Shown here one piece after another: positions 56,531 through 64,000 of a stretch of DNA of 64,000 nt. The DNA comes from Peptococcaceae bacterium UBA5752 (GTDB lineage: Bacteria; Bacillota; Dehalobacteriia; UBA4068). Position 1 is the first letter of the stretch. Each line of letters starts with the position of its first letter. The notes beneath the pieces were generated by a model. The model saw nothing but the letters and a program-made list of their open reading frames with translations, did not search any database and was not told where the DNA came from. The stretch lies in the NCBI GenBank assembly GCA_002419055.1, contig DIFI01000020.1:14851-78850 (forward strand), written 5' to 3'. Both the position numbers and the translations under genes were made by a program.

Positions 56531-57352
56531 ATGATATTTGGAAAGAGAAGGAAACTGCTAAATATAATATTATCTACTGGTAATATTAGCGAGGATGCCA
56601 TATTGCAGAAAGTTGATATGGTTGATAATAGATTTACCATGGGCATGGAGCTGAAGGTAAACGATGGCTTTGCTGCGGTTTTTTCTTATCAAAATAAAGT
56701 TACCGATGTTTTGAAGGCTGGCGAATATCGTCTTGCTACCAGATTTCTGCCGCAGCTTTCATCTATATTGGAACTAAAAGAAGGACATAATTCACTGTTT
56801 TACGCCCAGCTATTGTTTGTGCGGCTCGAGAGGATGTTATTTGGTTGGAATACTCCGTTACCGTTGTTGGCCCGCGATGACCGCTATGGACTTTTGCGAG
56901 TATTTGCAGATGGAAATGTTGTGGTGAAAATTACCGATCCGCAGTTGTTTTGCGACAATATTGCCTTTAGTTATGCTCTTGACCAAAAGCTGCAGTTACA
57001 GCCTTTGTTAAACGAGCTGATCATTGCTGAGCTGGATGTATTGTGGGACTATCAGCGGATTGATATAACCGAGCGTTTCCAAGAAAGGATACGGATGGCG
57101 TCTTTGTTACATCAGCTGGTTAATAAAAAGTTAAAACTGCAAGGATTAATGGCCGAAGAATTGATGATTTCTTCGCTGATATTAGCGAAGCCATTAGAAG
57201 AATATTTAGCAGCCGGTGGCGATATAGACCAATACAATAGCCAGTATCAGGTCAATCAACTACTGAAAACAACATCCGGAAATCATGATATAAATCGTCC
57301 TATAGTTCCAAACAGCAAGTTAAACGCTGTAAACATGATCGTTGAGAGGTGA
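56531..57352 (+). CDS. SPFH-superfamily protein, YdjI-like (COG4260 'virion core protein-like')
   Basis: ATG 56531 lies 4 nt after the upstream stop. LKVNDGFAAVFSYQNKVTDVLKAGEYRLAT...FGWNTPLPLLARDDRYGLLRVFADGNVVVKITDPQLF parallels the conserved core I recall for B. subtilis YdjI. Confidence 0.6.
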   Translation: MIFGKRRKLLNIILSTGNISEDAILQKVDMVDNRFTMGMELKVNDGFAAVFSYQNKVTDVLKAGEYRLATRFLPQLSSILELKEGHNSLFYAQLLFVRLERMLFGWNTPLPLLARDDRYGLLRVFADGNVVVKITDPQLFCDNIAFSYALDQKLQLQPLLNELIIAELDVLWDYQRIDITERFQERIRMASLLHQLVNKKLKLQGLMAEELMISSLILAKPLEEYLAAGGDIDQYNSQYQVNQLLKTTSGNHDINRPIVPNSKLNAVNMIVER

Positions 57353-57359
57353 GCAACTT

Positions 57360-58235
57360 TTGGTTAATTGGGAAAGGTTGTCAGCGATGGCTGACGATTT
57401 ATCTTTAGCACTGAAGGATGATACTATCAATGGCGCTCAAACCGATGGTTGGCATTGCCTTCGCTGCGGTGCCTTATGGATAACAAAAAAACCGGCTCAT
57501 TGGCGTTGCGGCATTTGCGGAGCCGAAGTTGAACATCAACGGATAAAAAACTATCGGCGGCCGCGGTATTATTTACCGTTTTTTATTGACCAGGAAACAG
57601 CTGAGGATATTTGTTTGGATTTATTGAAAAAGAATCTTAAAGGTTTAAGTAAGCATTTTTGTACATCTGCTTTAGAAGGATTACAGCAAATATATCTATC
57701 CTATTGGGTTTTTGATTTGAATAGCATTGCTGATTATACGGCTCAGAGTGGGCAGGAGATTAAGGAAAATAGAAAACGAAATACTGCTGCCGATCAAAAT
57801 AATATTAATTGGTTAGAAATTTCCGGTAGTTACAGCTATCGGTTTAATTCTTTAACAGTGACTGCTGTTTCAAGTACCGGAGTGCGGATTCTTCCTACTC
57901 CCGATGAATATAATCTAATGGCGATGCAGCCGCTGGCTGATGTGCCGCAAGTGGCGGTTATGGGTTATGATCTCGACTTAAAAGAGGCTTGGAGTGTGGC
58001 GCAATTAAAGGTTAAATCTCAGATTACGACTGCGGTTGAGCAGCAATTATGCGGGCATTCGGGAGAGTTGATTCGTGGTATCCGTTGCCATATTGATTAT
58101 AAAGATGTGCGATTTCGTCAGGTACTGTTGCCCGTTTGGTTAAGTTGCTGCGTATATCATCGGAGAACTTATAATATAGTTATTAATGGCGTCAGCGGTA
58201 AAGTTAAAGGCAAAGGGTTATTGCAATATAAATAA
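57360..58235 (+). CDS. Zinc-ribbon protein, YdjG-like
   Basis: CxxC...CxxC ribbon (WHCLRCGALW...WRCGICGAE). Family-like blocks YYLPFF, YLSYWVFD, LLPVWL and the terminal VINGVSGKVKGKG. The start is uncertain: TTG 57342, TTG 57360 behind GAGAGGTGAG, or ATG 57387. Confidence 0.5.
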   Translation: MVNWERLSAMADDLSLALKDDTINGAQTDGWHCLRCGALWITKKPAHWRCGICGAEVEHQRIKNYRRPRYYLPFFIDQETAEDICLDLLKKNLKGLSKHFCTSALEGLQQIYLSYWVFDLNSIADYTAQSGQEIKENRKRNTAADQNNINWLEISGSYSYRFNSLTVTAVSSTGVRILPTPDEYNLMAMQPLADVPQVAVMGYDLDLKEAWSVAQLKVKSQITTAVEQQLCGHSGELIRGIRCHIDYKDVRFRQVLLPVWLSCCVYHRRTYNIVINGVSGKVKGKGLLQYK

Positions 58236-58293
58236 GGAGGATCTATTACTACTTCACATGGAAATCGAACATTATGTTTAAGGAGGGTTAATA

Positions 58294-58833
58294 TTGAGAA
58301 TATTATTGCTAACCGGCAGTCCGCGTCAGAAAGGTAATTCGGCTGTATTGGCAGCAGCGTTTGAGCGTGGCGCTACTGCCGCCGGCCATCAAATAAATTT
58401 GATAAATACTGCCCAACTGAATATTGGCGCTTGCTGCGCTTGTGGTTATTGCCGCAATCATGGCGGTATCTGTCTGCAGCAGGATGATATGGAGCAAATT
58501 TATCAACATTGGCAGAGTGCCGAAATGTTAGCATTCACAACGCCTCTTTATTATTTCGGATTTTCGGCCCAGCTTAAGACCGCAATTGACCGTTTTTATG
58601 CCAAAGGCGGCCCGTTAAAAGAAAAAACATCCATAAAAAGCTCATCTCTCCTAGTGTCCTGCGGATCTGCCTCCCCTGTATCCGACAATTTAATATCTAC
58701 TTATCATGCAATAATAAATTTTCTTGGCTGGCAAAATCGCGGCATAATTATTGCCGACAAAGTTCATGATATCGGCGACATTGAAAATCATCCGGCATTA
58801 TTATTAGCCGAACAATTAGGCAAAGGTCTTTAA
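58294..58833 (+). CDS. Flavodoxin-like fold NAD(P)H-dependent FMN reductase / iron-sulfur flavoprotein family
   Basis: MRILLLTGSPRQKGNS, a Cys cluster (CCACGYC...C) and TPLYYFGFSAQLKTAIDR. TTG start behind AAGGAGGG. Confidence 0.7.
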   Translation: MRILLLTGSPRQKGNSAVLAAAFERGATAAGHQINLINTAQLNIGACCACGYCRNHGGICLQQDDMEQIYQHWQSAEMLAFTTPLYYFGFSAQLKTAIDRFYAKGGPLKEKTSIKSSSLLVSCGSASPVSDNLISTYHAIINFLGWQNRGIIIADKVHDIGDIENHPALLLAEQLGKGL

Positions 58834-58840
58834 GATAATT

Positions 58841-58878
58841 AAAGGAGGCTGCCTCATTTTTATGAGGCAGCCTCCTTT
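58841..58878. terminator. Bidirectional terminator between convergent genes
   Basis: Perfect 16-bp stem aaaggaggctgcctca / tgaggcagcctccttt, with A/T runs on both sides. Confidence 0.8.
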
Positions 58879-58890
58879 ATACTAAATATA

Positions 58891-60018
58891 TTATCTGACA
58901 AGTTCATTATCAATTAATGTAATGATTTGCCGTAAGGCTGATGTCGGTGTTAATTCTCCGTTCATTACTTTATTTTCTGTATTATCAATTTTTTGAGCTA
59001 TTTGGGGATTTAGTAAAAGTAAGTTGCGAATATACTGATCAACCATCTCTTTAACCCAAGTCAAGTTTTGCTCCTGACGACGGCGTTGCAAAAGACCACT
59101 GATGCGCATCTGCTCAACAAAGGTGCTGATAACCTCCCAAACTTCCCAAATGCCTTCACCTGTTAATGATGAGCAGGTATAGGCTTGGGTGCGCCAGCCC
59201 TCGGTGGCAGGGCGGATATAATGGAGTATTTGCTCATAATCAGCTCTTGTCACTAATGCTTTTTGTTTATTAGAACCATCAGCCTTATTTACTATAATTG
59301 CATCAGCCAGTTCAAGAATGCCTTTTTTTATGCCTTGTAAATCATCACCCGCTCCGGTAATAACAATAGTAAGGAAAAAGTCTACCATTGAACGGACTGT
59401 TGTTTCACTTTGACCGACACCAACAGTTTCAACAAGGATTACCTCATAGCCGGCAGCTTCACAAAGAAGTAATGTTTCGCGGCTTTTACGAGTTACTCCG
59501 CCCAAAGTACCACCTGAAGGGGATGGGCGAATAAAGGCATTAGCTTCACGTGAGAGTTGCTCCATGCGTGTTTTATCGCCGAGAATGCTACCATGAGACA
59601 ATGTACTGCTGGGGTCAACGGCCAGTACGGCAACTTTTTTGCCAGAAGTACACAGTCGCGTGCCTAATGCTTCGATAAAGGTACTCTTGCCGGCCCCGGG
59701 TACTCCAGTGATACCTACTCTAATTGCCTTGCCAGTGTAAGGAAGTAGCCGCTGTACTATTTCTTGTCCTATTTCGAAATGCTTTGAAGCATTACTCTCA
59801 ACCTTAGTTATAGCTCTAGACAATACCATCCTATTGCCAGCCAAAATACCCTCAACATAATCGTCAATGGTTAATTTCGGTGGCTTTTTAACCGCATCTG
59901 AGTTTTGAACATTGGCGGAAGGATCTTCTACGCCAGTCATAACGCGGCAGGCAAATTTATCGCTATCCTGGTCATCTTGATCAGGAGCCCATTCGGGCTT
60001 GTAGGTATCGTATGGCAT
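58891..60018 (-). CDS. meaB: Methylmalonyl-CoA mutase-associated G-protein chaperone MeaB/ArgK
   Basis: LSRAITKVES, P-loop GVPGAGKST, ETVGVGQSE and NKADG. Has about 50 extra N-terminal residues compared with typical MeaB. Confidence 0.9.
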   Translation of the reverse strand: MPYDTYKPEWAPDQDDQDSDKFACRVMTGVEDPSANVQNSDAVKKPPKLTIDDYVEGILAGNRMVLSRAITKVESNASKHFEIGQEIVQRLLPYTGKAIRVGITGVPGAGKSTFIEALGTRLCTSGKKVAVLAVDPSSTLSHGSILGDKTRMEQLSREANAFIRPSPSGGTLGGVTRKSRETLLLCEAAGYEVILVETVGVGQSETTVRSMVDFFLTIVITGAGDDLQGIKKGILELADAIIVNKADGSNKQKALVTRADYEQILHYIRPATEGWRTQAYTCSSLTGEGIWEVWEVISTFVEQMRISGLLQRRRQEQNLTWVKEMVDQYIRNLLLLNPQIAQKIDNTENKVMNGELTPTSALRQIITLIDNELVR

Positions 60019-60096
60019 AAAAACCTCTTGTTAGTAAATATTGCCCACCGCTCACGCAATATGCATGGGCGGTGGGCTTGCGAGAAGTAGGCAAAA

Positions 60097-62286
60097 TTAT
60101 TCGGTAGCAGCCAGACGTGCGTTGAGTATTTCCAACATATCTTTGGCGCAGGTAGGGATGACCGAACCCGGGCCATAGATGGCGGCAGCACCATGGTCTC
60201 TTAAGAATTGATAATCCTGTGCAGGAATAACGCCGCCAACGATAATCATGATATCTTCACGGCCGCGTTTCTTTAATTCTTCAACTAATTGCGGCAACAG
60301 CGTTTTGTGTCCGGCAGCTAATGAACTCATGCCAATGATATGAACATCGTTATCAACGGCATCTTGGGCTGTTTCTTCAGGAGTTTGGAAAAGCGGACCC
60401 ATGTCGACGTCGAATCCCATATCGGCATAGGCGGTAGCCACAACCTTAGCTCCGCGGTCATGACCATCTTGGCCCATCTTAGCAACCATGATACGAGGAC
60501 GACGACCTTCTCTTTGTTCAAATTCATCGGTCATTTTTCTTACTTCTGCGATCATAGATTCATCGCTGTATTCAGAACTGTAAACTCCTGAGATAGAACG
60601 GATAATTGCCTTATGCCGTCCGGAAACTTTTTCGACAGCATCTGAAATTTCTCCGAGGCTGGCACGGGCGCGAGCAGCCTGAACGGCCAAATCAAGCAGG
60701 TTGCCCTCGCCGGTTTCTACGGATTTTGTAATAGCATTTAAACATTGTTGGACTTTAGCGCTATCGCGGTTGGCACGCAGTTTGGCAAGTCTGTCAATCT
60801 GGGCCTGGCGTACAGCAGCGTTATCAACTTCAAGAATATCAATAGGATCTTCCTGATCTAATTGTTGGTAATTCAAGCCGATAATCTTTTCATCGGTAGA
60901 ATCGATATGGGCTTGCCGACGAGCAGAAGCTTCTTCAATTCTCATCTTGGGCAAGCCTGTTTCAATAGCTTTACTCATACCGCCAAGTTCTTCAATCTCC
61001 TGGATATGGGCCCAGGCGCGGCGAATTAGTTCATCGGTTAGGGCTTCGACATAATACGAGCCACCCCACGGATCAACAGCCTTGCAGACGTTGGTTTCGT
61101 CCTGAATATAGAGCTGAGTATTACGGGCGATACGAGCGGAGAAATCAGTAGGTAAAGCAATTGCTTCATCGAGAGCATTGGTATGCAGCGATTGGGTATG
61201 TCCAAGAGCGGCTGCCATGGCCTCAACGCAGGTACGTGCTACATTGTTAAACGGATCCTGAGCCGTCAGACTCCAGCCGGAGGTTTGGCAGTGGGTACGC
61301 AGAGCCATCGATTTGTTGCTTTTTGGATTGTATTGTTTGATGATTTTTGCCCAAAGCACTCTGGCAGCACGCATTTTGGCAACTTCCATGAAATAATTCT
61401 TGCCGATGCCCCAGAAGAAGGAGAGGCGCGGTGCAAAATCGTCAATAGCTAAACCAGCTGCAAGACCTGTACGGATATATTCCCAACCATCGGCCAGCGT
61501 ATAACCCATTTCAATATCGGCAGTAGCGCCCGCTTCCTGCATATGGTAGCCGGAAATACTAATACTATTGAATTTGGGCATATTCTTGGAGGTGTAGGCG
61601 AAAATGTCACCGATAATTCTCATTGAGGCAGCCGGTGGGTAGATGTAGGTGTTACGTACCATAAATTCTTTTAAGATATCGTTTTGGATGGTGCCGGAAA
61701 GAACACGCTTATCAACGCCTTGTTCCTCAGCGGCAACAATATAAAATGCCATAATCGGCAGTACCGCCCCGTTCATTGTCATAGAAACCGACATTTGATC
61801 GAGAGGAATACCCGAGAAAAGTATTTCCATATCAAGAATTGAGTCAACGGCTACACCGGCTTTACCGACATCGCCGACTACACGCGGATGATCGGAGTCA
61901 TAACCGCGGTGAGTCGCCAAATCAAAGGCTATAGAAAGACCTTTTTGACCGGCGGCAAGATTGCGGCGATAGAAAGCGTTACTTTCTTCGGCAGTAGAGA
62001 AACCGGCATATTGACGCACGGTCCATGGACGAACAACATACATTGTCGGATATGGCCCACGTAGGAATGGCGGTACACCGGCCATGTATTCGAGATGAGT
62101 GGCATCGGCATAGTCAGCTTCAGTATAGAGCGGTTTAAGATCAATTTGTTCCATAGTGCGATAATAAAGCTCTTCGAAGGATTTGCCTGTTTCTTTTTCC
62201 ACTTGAGCCTTCCATTGTTCGAAGCCGCCCGATTGGGGAGCAGCGCTATTGAAGGCTATTTTGCTAAAATCAAGTTTCTTATTCAT
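60097..62286 (-). CDS. Methylmalonyl-CoA mutase large (alpha) subunit
   Basis: [53 protein letters not shown], and a C-terminal B12-binding domain ([11 protein letters not shown]). Start taken as ATG 62286, overlapping the upstream TAA (TAATG) and 8 nt after GGGGGA. Confidence 0.95.
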   Translation of the reverse strand: MNKKLDFSKIAFNSAAPQSGGFEQWKAQVEKETGKSFEELYYRTMEQIDLKPLYTEADYADATHLEYMAGVPPFLRGPYPTMYVVRPWTVRQYAGFSTAEESNAFYRRNLAAGQKGLSIAFDLATHRGYDSDHPRVVGDVGKAGVAVDSILDMEILFSGIPLDQMSVSMTMNGAVLPIMAFYIVAAEEQGVDKRVLSGTIQNDILKEFMVRNTYIYPPAASMRIIGDIFAYTSKNMPKFNSISISGYHMQEAGATADIEMGYTLADGWEYIRTGLAAGLAIDDFAPRLSFFWGIGKNYFMEVAKMRAARVLWAKIIKQYNPKSNKSMALRTHCQTSGWSLTAQDPFNNVARTCVEAMAAALGHTQSLHTNALDEAIALPTDFSARIARNTQLYIQDETNVCKAVDPWGGSYYVEALTDELIRRAWAHIQEIEELGGMSKAIETGLPKMRIEEASARRQAHIDSTDEKIIGLNYQQLDQEDPIDILEVDNAAVRQAQIDRLAKLRANRDSAKVQQCLNAITKSVETGEGNLLDLAVQAARARASLGEISDAVEKVSGRHKAIIRSISGVYSSEYSDESMIAEVRKMTDEFEQREGRRPRIMVAKMGQDGHDRGAKVVATAYADMGFDVDMGPLFQTPEETAQDAVDNDVHIIGMSSLAAGHKTLLPQLVEELKKRGREDIMIIVGGVIPAQDYQFLRDHGAAAIYGPGSVIPTCAKDMLEILNARLAATE

Positions 62287-64000
62287 TAGCATATCCCCCT
62301 TGCTTTTTGGATTTCGCTTAAAATTTGCAAACTATTGGCTTTTACGTGGATATAATCATCTATGCCTGCTTTATTCCATGCTTCTTTTAATTCCGGTGCG
62401 GGAGCTCCAGCTAATATAATTCTCACCGCAGGGCAGGCGGCCTTGATTTGGGCAACCAGCGCCGGTACGATCTCCGGATAAGTATCATCGGTGGAGCAAA
62501 TGATGGTTACATCAGCTCCGCTGGCTTTGGCAGCAGCGGCAGCTTCGTCGACGGAGGCAAAACCGTCATTTTTGAGAACTTCGAAGCCGGCGACTTCCAT
62601 AAAACCAGTGGAAAAATCGGCGCGGGCTTTGTGTTGAGGGATCGGACCCATATTTGCAAGGAATACTTTGATGCTTTGTCCTTTGGCTGCTTTATATGCT
62701 TCTGTCCTGCTACGCAGGGCTTCGAACTGTTCGGTCCAGCGGTGGGCGGGAATTTCTTTGACGCTTAAACCGTCTCCGGACAGTTTTGCAGCGATATCGT
62801 TGACCGTGGTGCCGGCGGCAATGGCTTTTACTGCACTGCCGATGCATTTGTCGATATTTGCCAGAGCTTTGTCAATATCAGATTTTTGATAAAGAGCGGC
62901 ATGCTTAGCAGCGGCAGCTTTACGGGCGGCTTGCTGTTTTTCGCATTCGCAGGTGCCTTGAAGTTTTTCTTCGAGCATATTGGCATACATATTGGTACCA
63001 ACCGCTTTATCGGCGCGGGTAGCCAGTTTATTAAATCTCTCGTTAAGTGTGGCAGCTATCTGCTCTTGAAGCGTGCCGGCCTGCAAAACGGCAAAGATGC
63101 CGCCGTCTGCTTCGATCTTCTGCATTGAGACCCAAATAGCTTCGGCTAATTGACCGGTTAGTGTTTCAATATACCAAGAACCGCCGGCAGGATCAACAGG
63201 TGAAAGCAAATTGAATTCGTTTTGCATCATCACCTGAATATTGCGGGCAACACGGCGGGATAGCTCATCACTGGGACGAACTGCTTCATCAAACGGAGCA
63301 ACCTGTAGAGCATCAACACCGCCGACTATACCGGAAAAAGCTTGGGTGGTGCTGCGAAGGATATTAACATATGGGTCGTAAACAGTTGAGGTAAATGAGG
63401 AGGTGCGGGCGGTGATATTTATCATAGCCGCTTCATCGTTACCACCATAAGCTTTAATGATTTGCGCCCAGATCAGGCGTGATGCGCGAATCTTAGCAAT
63501 TTCCATAAAGAAATTAGCACCAAGAGAAAATCCAAAACGAATGGTTTTAGCGATATCATTGATATCATAACCATCTTTTAACAGTGCTTCTATATATGCA
63601 ATGGCGCTTGACATGCAAGCGGCAACTTCCTGTACTGCATTAGCTCCGCCATTGTGATAAACAGAACCTTGAATATAGATCGTTTTAAGCTGAGGCGCAT
63701 TTTTGAGGCTCCATTGCAAAGCAATAGATAATTGTTCGAGTAATTGTTCAATCGAACCGGAGATTTTACCGTTAGCAGCCATGGCTCCGGCAGGATCTGC
63801 TCCGATGCAACCGCTTAAGCTTGTGCTATCTAGCCCTTTTTTGTCCTCGTAAGCTTTAATTAAAGCAAGCAGAGCGAAAGCGCTTTCGCCGGCATATGCG
63901 TTAAGCGGATATATGCTAAGGTCGATACCATCAAATAAGGCCTCGGCATCTTCCAATGTTTCAAGTATTAACTGAGGTCCAAAGGCAACGGCGGTAGCGC
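62286..64000 (-). CDS. Methylmalonyl-CoA mutase small (beta) subunit, 5' end outside the window
   Basis: Mutase-like TIM-barrel region without the catalytic-subunit signatures, and a C-terminal Rossmann-like domain. The frame stays open from 63956 to the window edge, so the listed TTG start is probably not the real start. Confidence 0.85.
   Translation of the reverse strand, partial: ATAVAFGPQLILETLEDAEALFDGIDLSIYPLNAYAGESAFALLALIKAYEDKKGLDSTSLSGCIGADPAGAMAANGKISGSIEQLLEQLSIALQWSLKNAPQLKTIYIQGSVYHNGGANAVQEVAACMSSAIAYIEALLKDGYDINDIAKTIRFGFSLGANFFMEIAKIRASRLIWAQIIKAYGGNDEAAMINITARTSSFTSTVYDPYVNILRSTTQAFSGIVGGVDALQVAPFDEAVRPSDELSRRVARNIQVMMQNEFNLLSPVDPAGGSWYIETLTGQLAEAIWVSMQKIEADGGIFAVLQAGTLQEQIAATLNERFNKLATRADKAVGTNMYANMLEEKLQGTCECEKQQAARKAAAAKHAALYQKSDIDKALANIDKCIGSAVKAIAAGTTVNDIAAKLSGDGLSVKEIPAHRWTEQFEALRSRTEAYKAAKGQSIKVFLANMGPIPQHKARADFSTGFMEVAGFEVLKNDGFASVDEAAAAAKASGADVTIICSTDDTYPEIVPALVAQIKAACPAVRIILAGAPAPELKEAWNKAGIDDYIHVKANSLQILSEIQKARGIC

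Noticed and set aside
1-64000. CRISPR arrays, tRNA/rRNA genes, transposases, integrases, prophage or defence islands, toxin-antitoxin pairs
   Set aside because: By eye I saw no direct-repeat/spacer periodicity, no cloverleaf-like or rRNA-like segments in the intergenic regions, and no ORF with recombinase, transposase or known defence-protein motifs. A proper tRNAscan, cmscan and defence-system scan could still find something I missed.

Overview
The window looks like conserved chromosomal core from a low-GC, spore-forming Firmicute. Evidence for that placement: yqfC/yqfD sporulation genes, a CIRCE-controlled hrcA-grpE-dnaK-dnaJ operon, AddAB, and a mutA-mutB-meaB methylmalonyl-CoA mutase cluster. 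The gene content hints at Negativicutes or Clostridia, but that is inference only. Nearly all of the window is densely packed coding sequence with good Shine-Dalgarno sites. The plus-strand blocks are:
- murJ-lepA-hemW
- the hrcA operon, then mtaB, a HIT protein and rpsU
- nfeD-floA, then pepP
- yqfC-yqfD-phoH-pgpH-ybeY-dgkA-(DUF3048)-era-recO
- glyQS-ppdK
- addBA
- nth, then an S41 protease and a LytM-like protein
- a radical-SAM pair, then rng-rplU-rpmA-obg-nadD-yqeK-rsfS

Two blocks run on the minus strand: a small membrane ORF, a DUF362-like gene, hflX and a PHP phosphatase; and mutA-mutB-meaB. I found no rRNA, tRNA, CRISPR array, transposase, integrase or obvious defence island, so I cannot support a clearly novel multi-gene system.

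The observations most worth a second look:
1. HflX carries a ~170-aa N-terminal extension with a complete JAMM/MPN+ metal-binding motif.
2. A metallophosphoesterase / YdjI-like SPFH / YdjG-like zinc-ribbon operon has no pspA.
3. A PadR gene sits next to a DUF1700-PspC fusion gene.
4. Two SD-preceded small ORFs are missing from the ORF track: one DUF1540-like, one a 59-aa membrane peptide.
5. An S41 protease lies next to a catalytically degenerate LytM membrane protein.
6. rplU-rpmA has no prp gene, and L27 has no propeptide.

All motif and hairpin coordinates were counted by hand and may be off by 1-2 nt.
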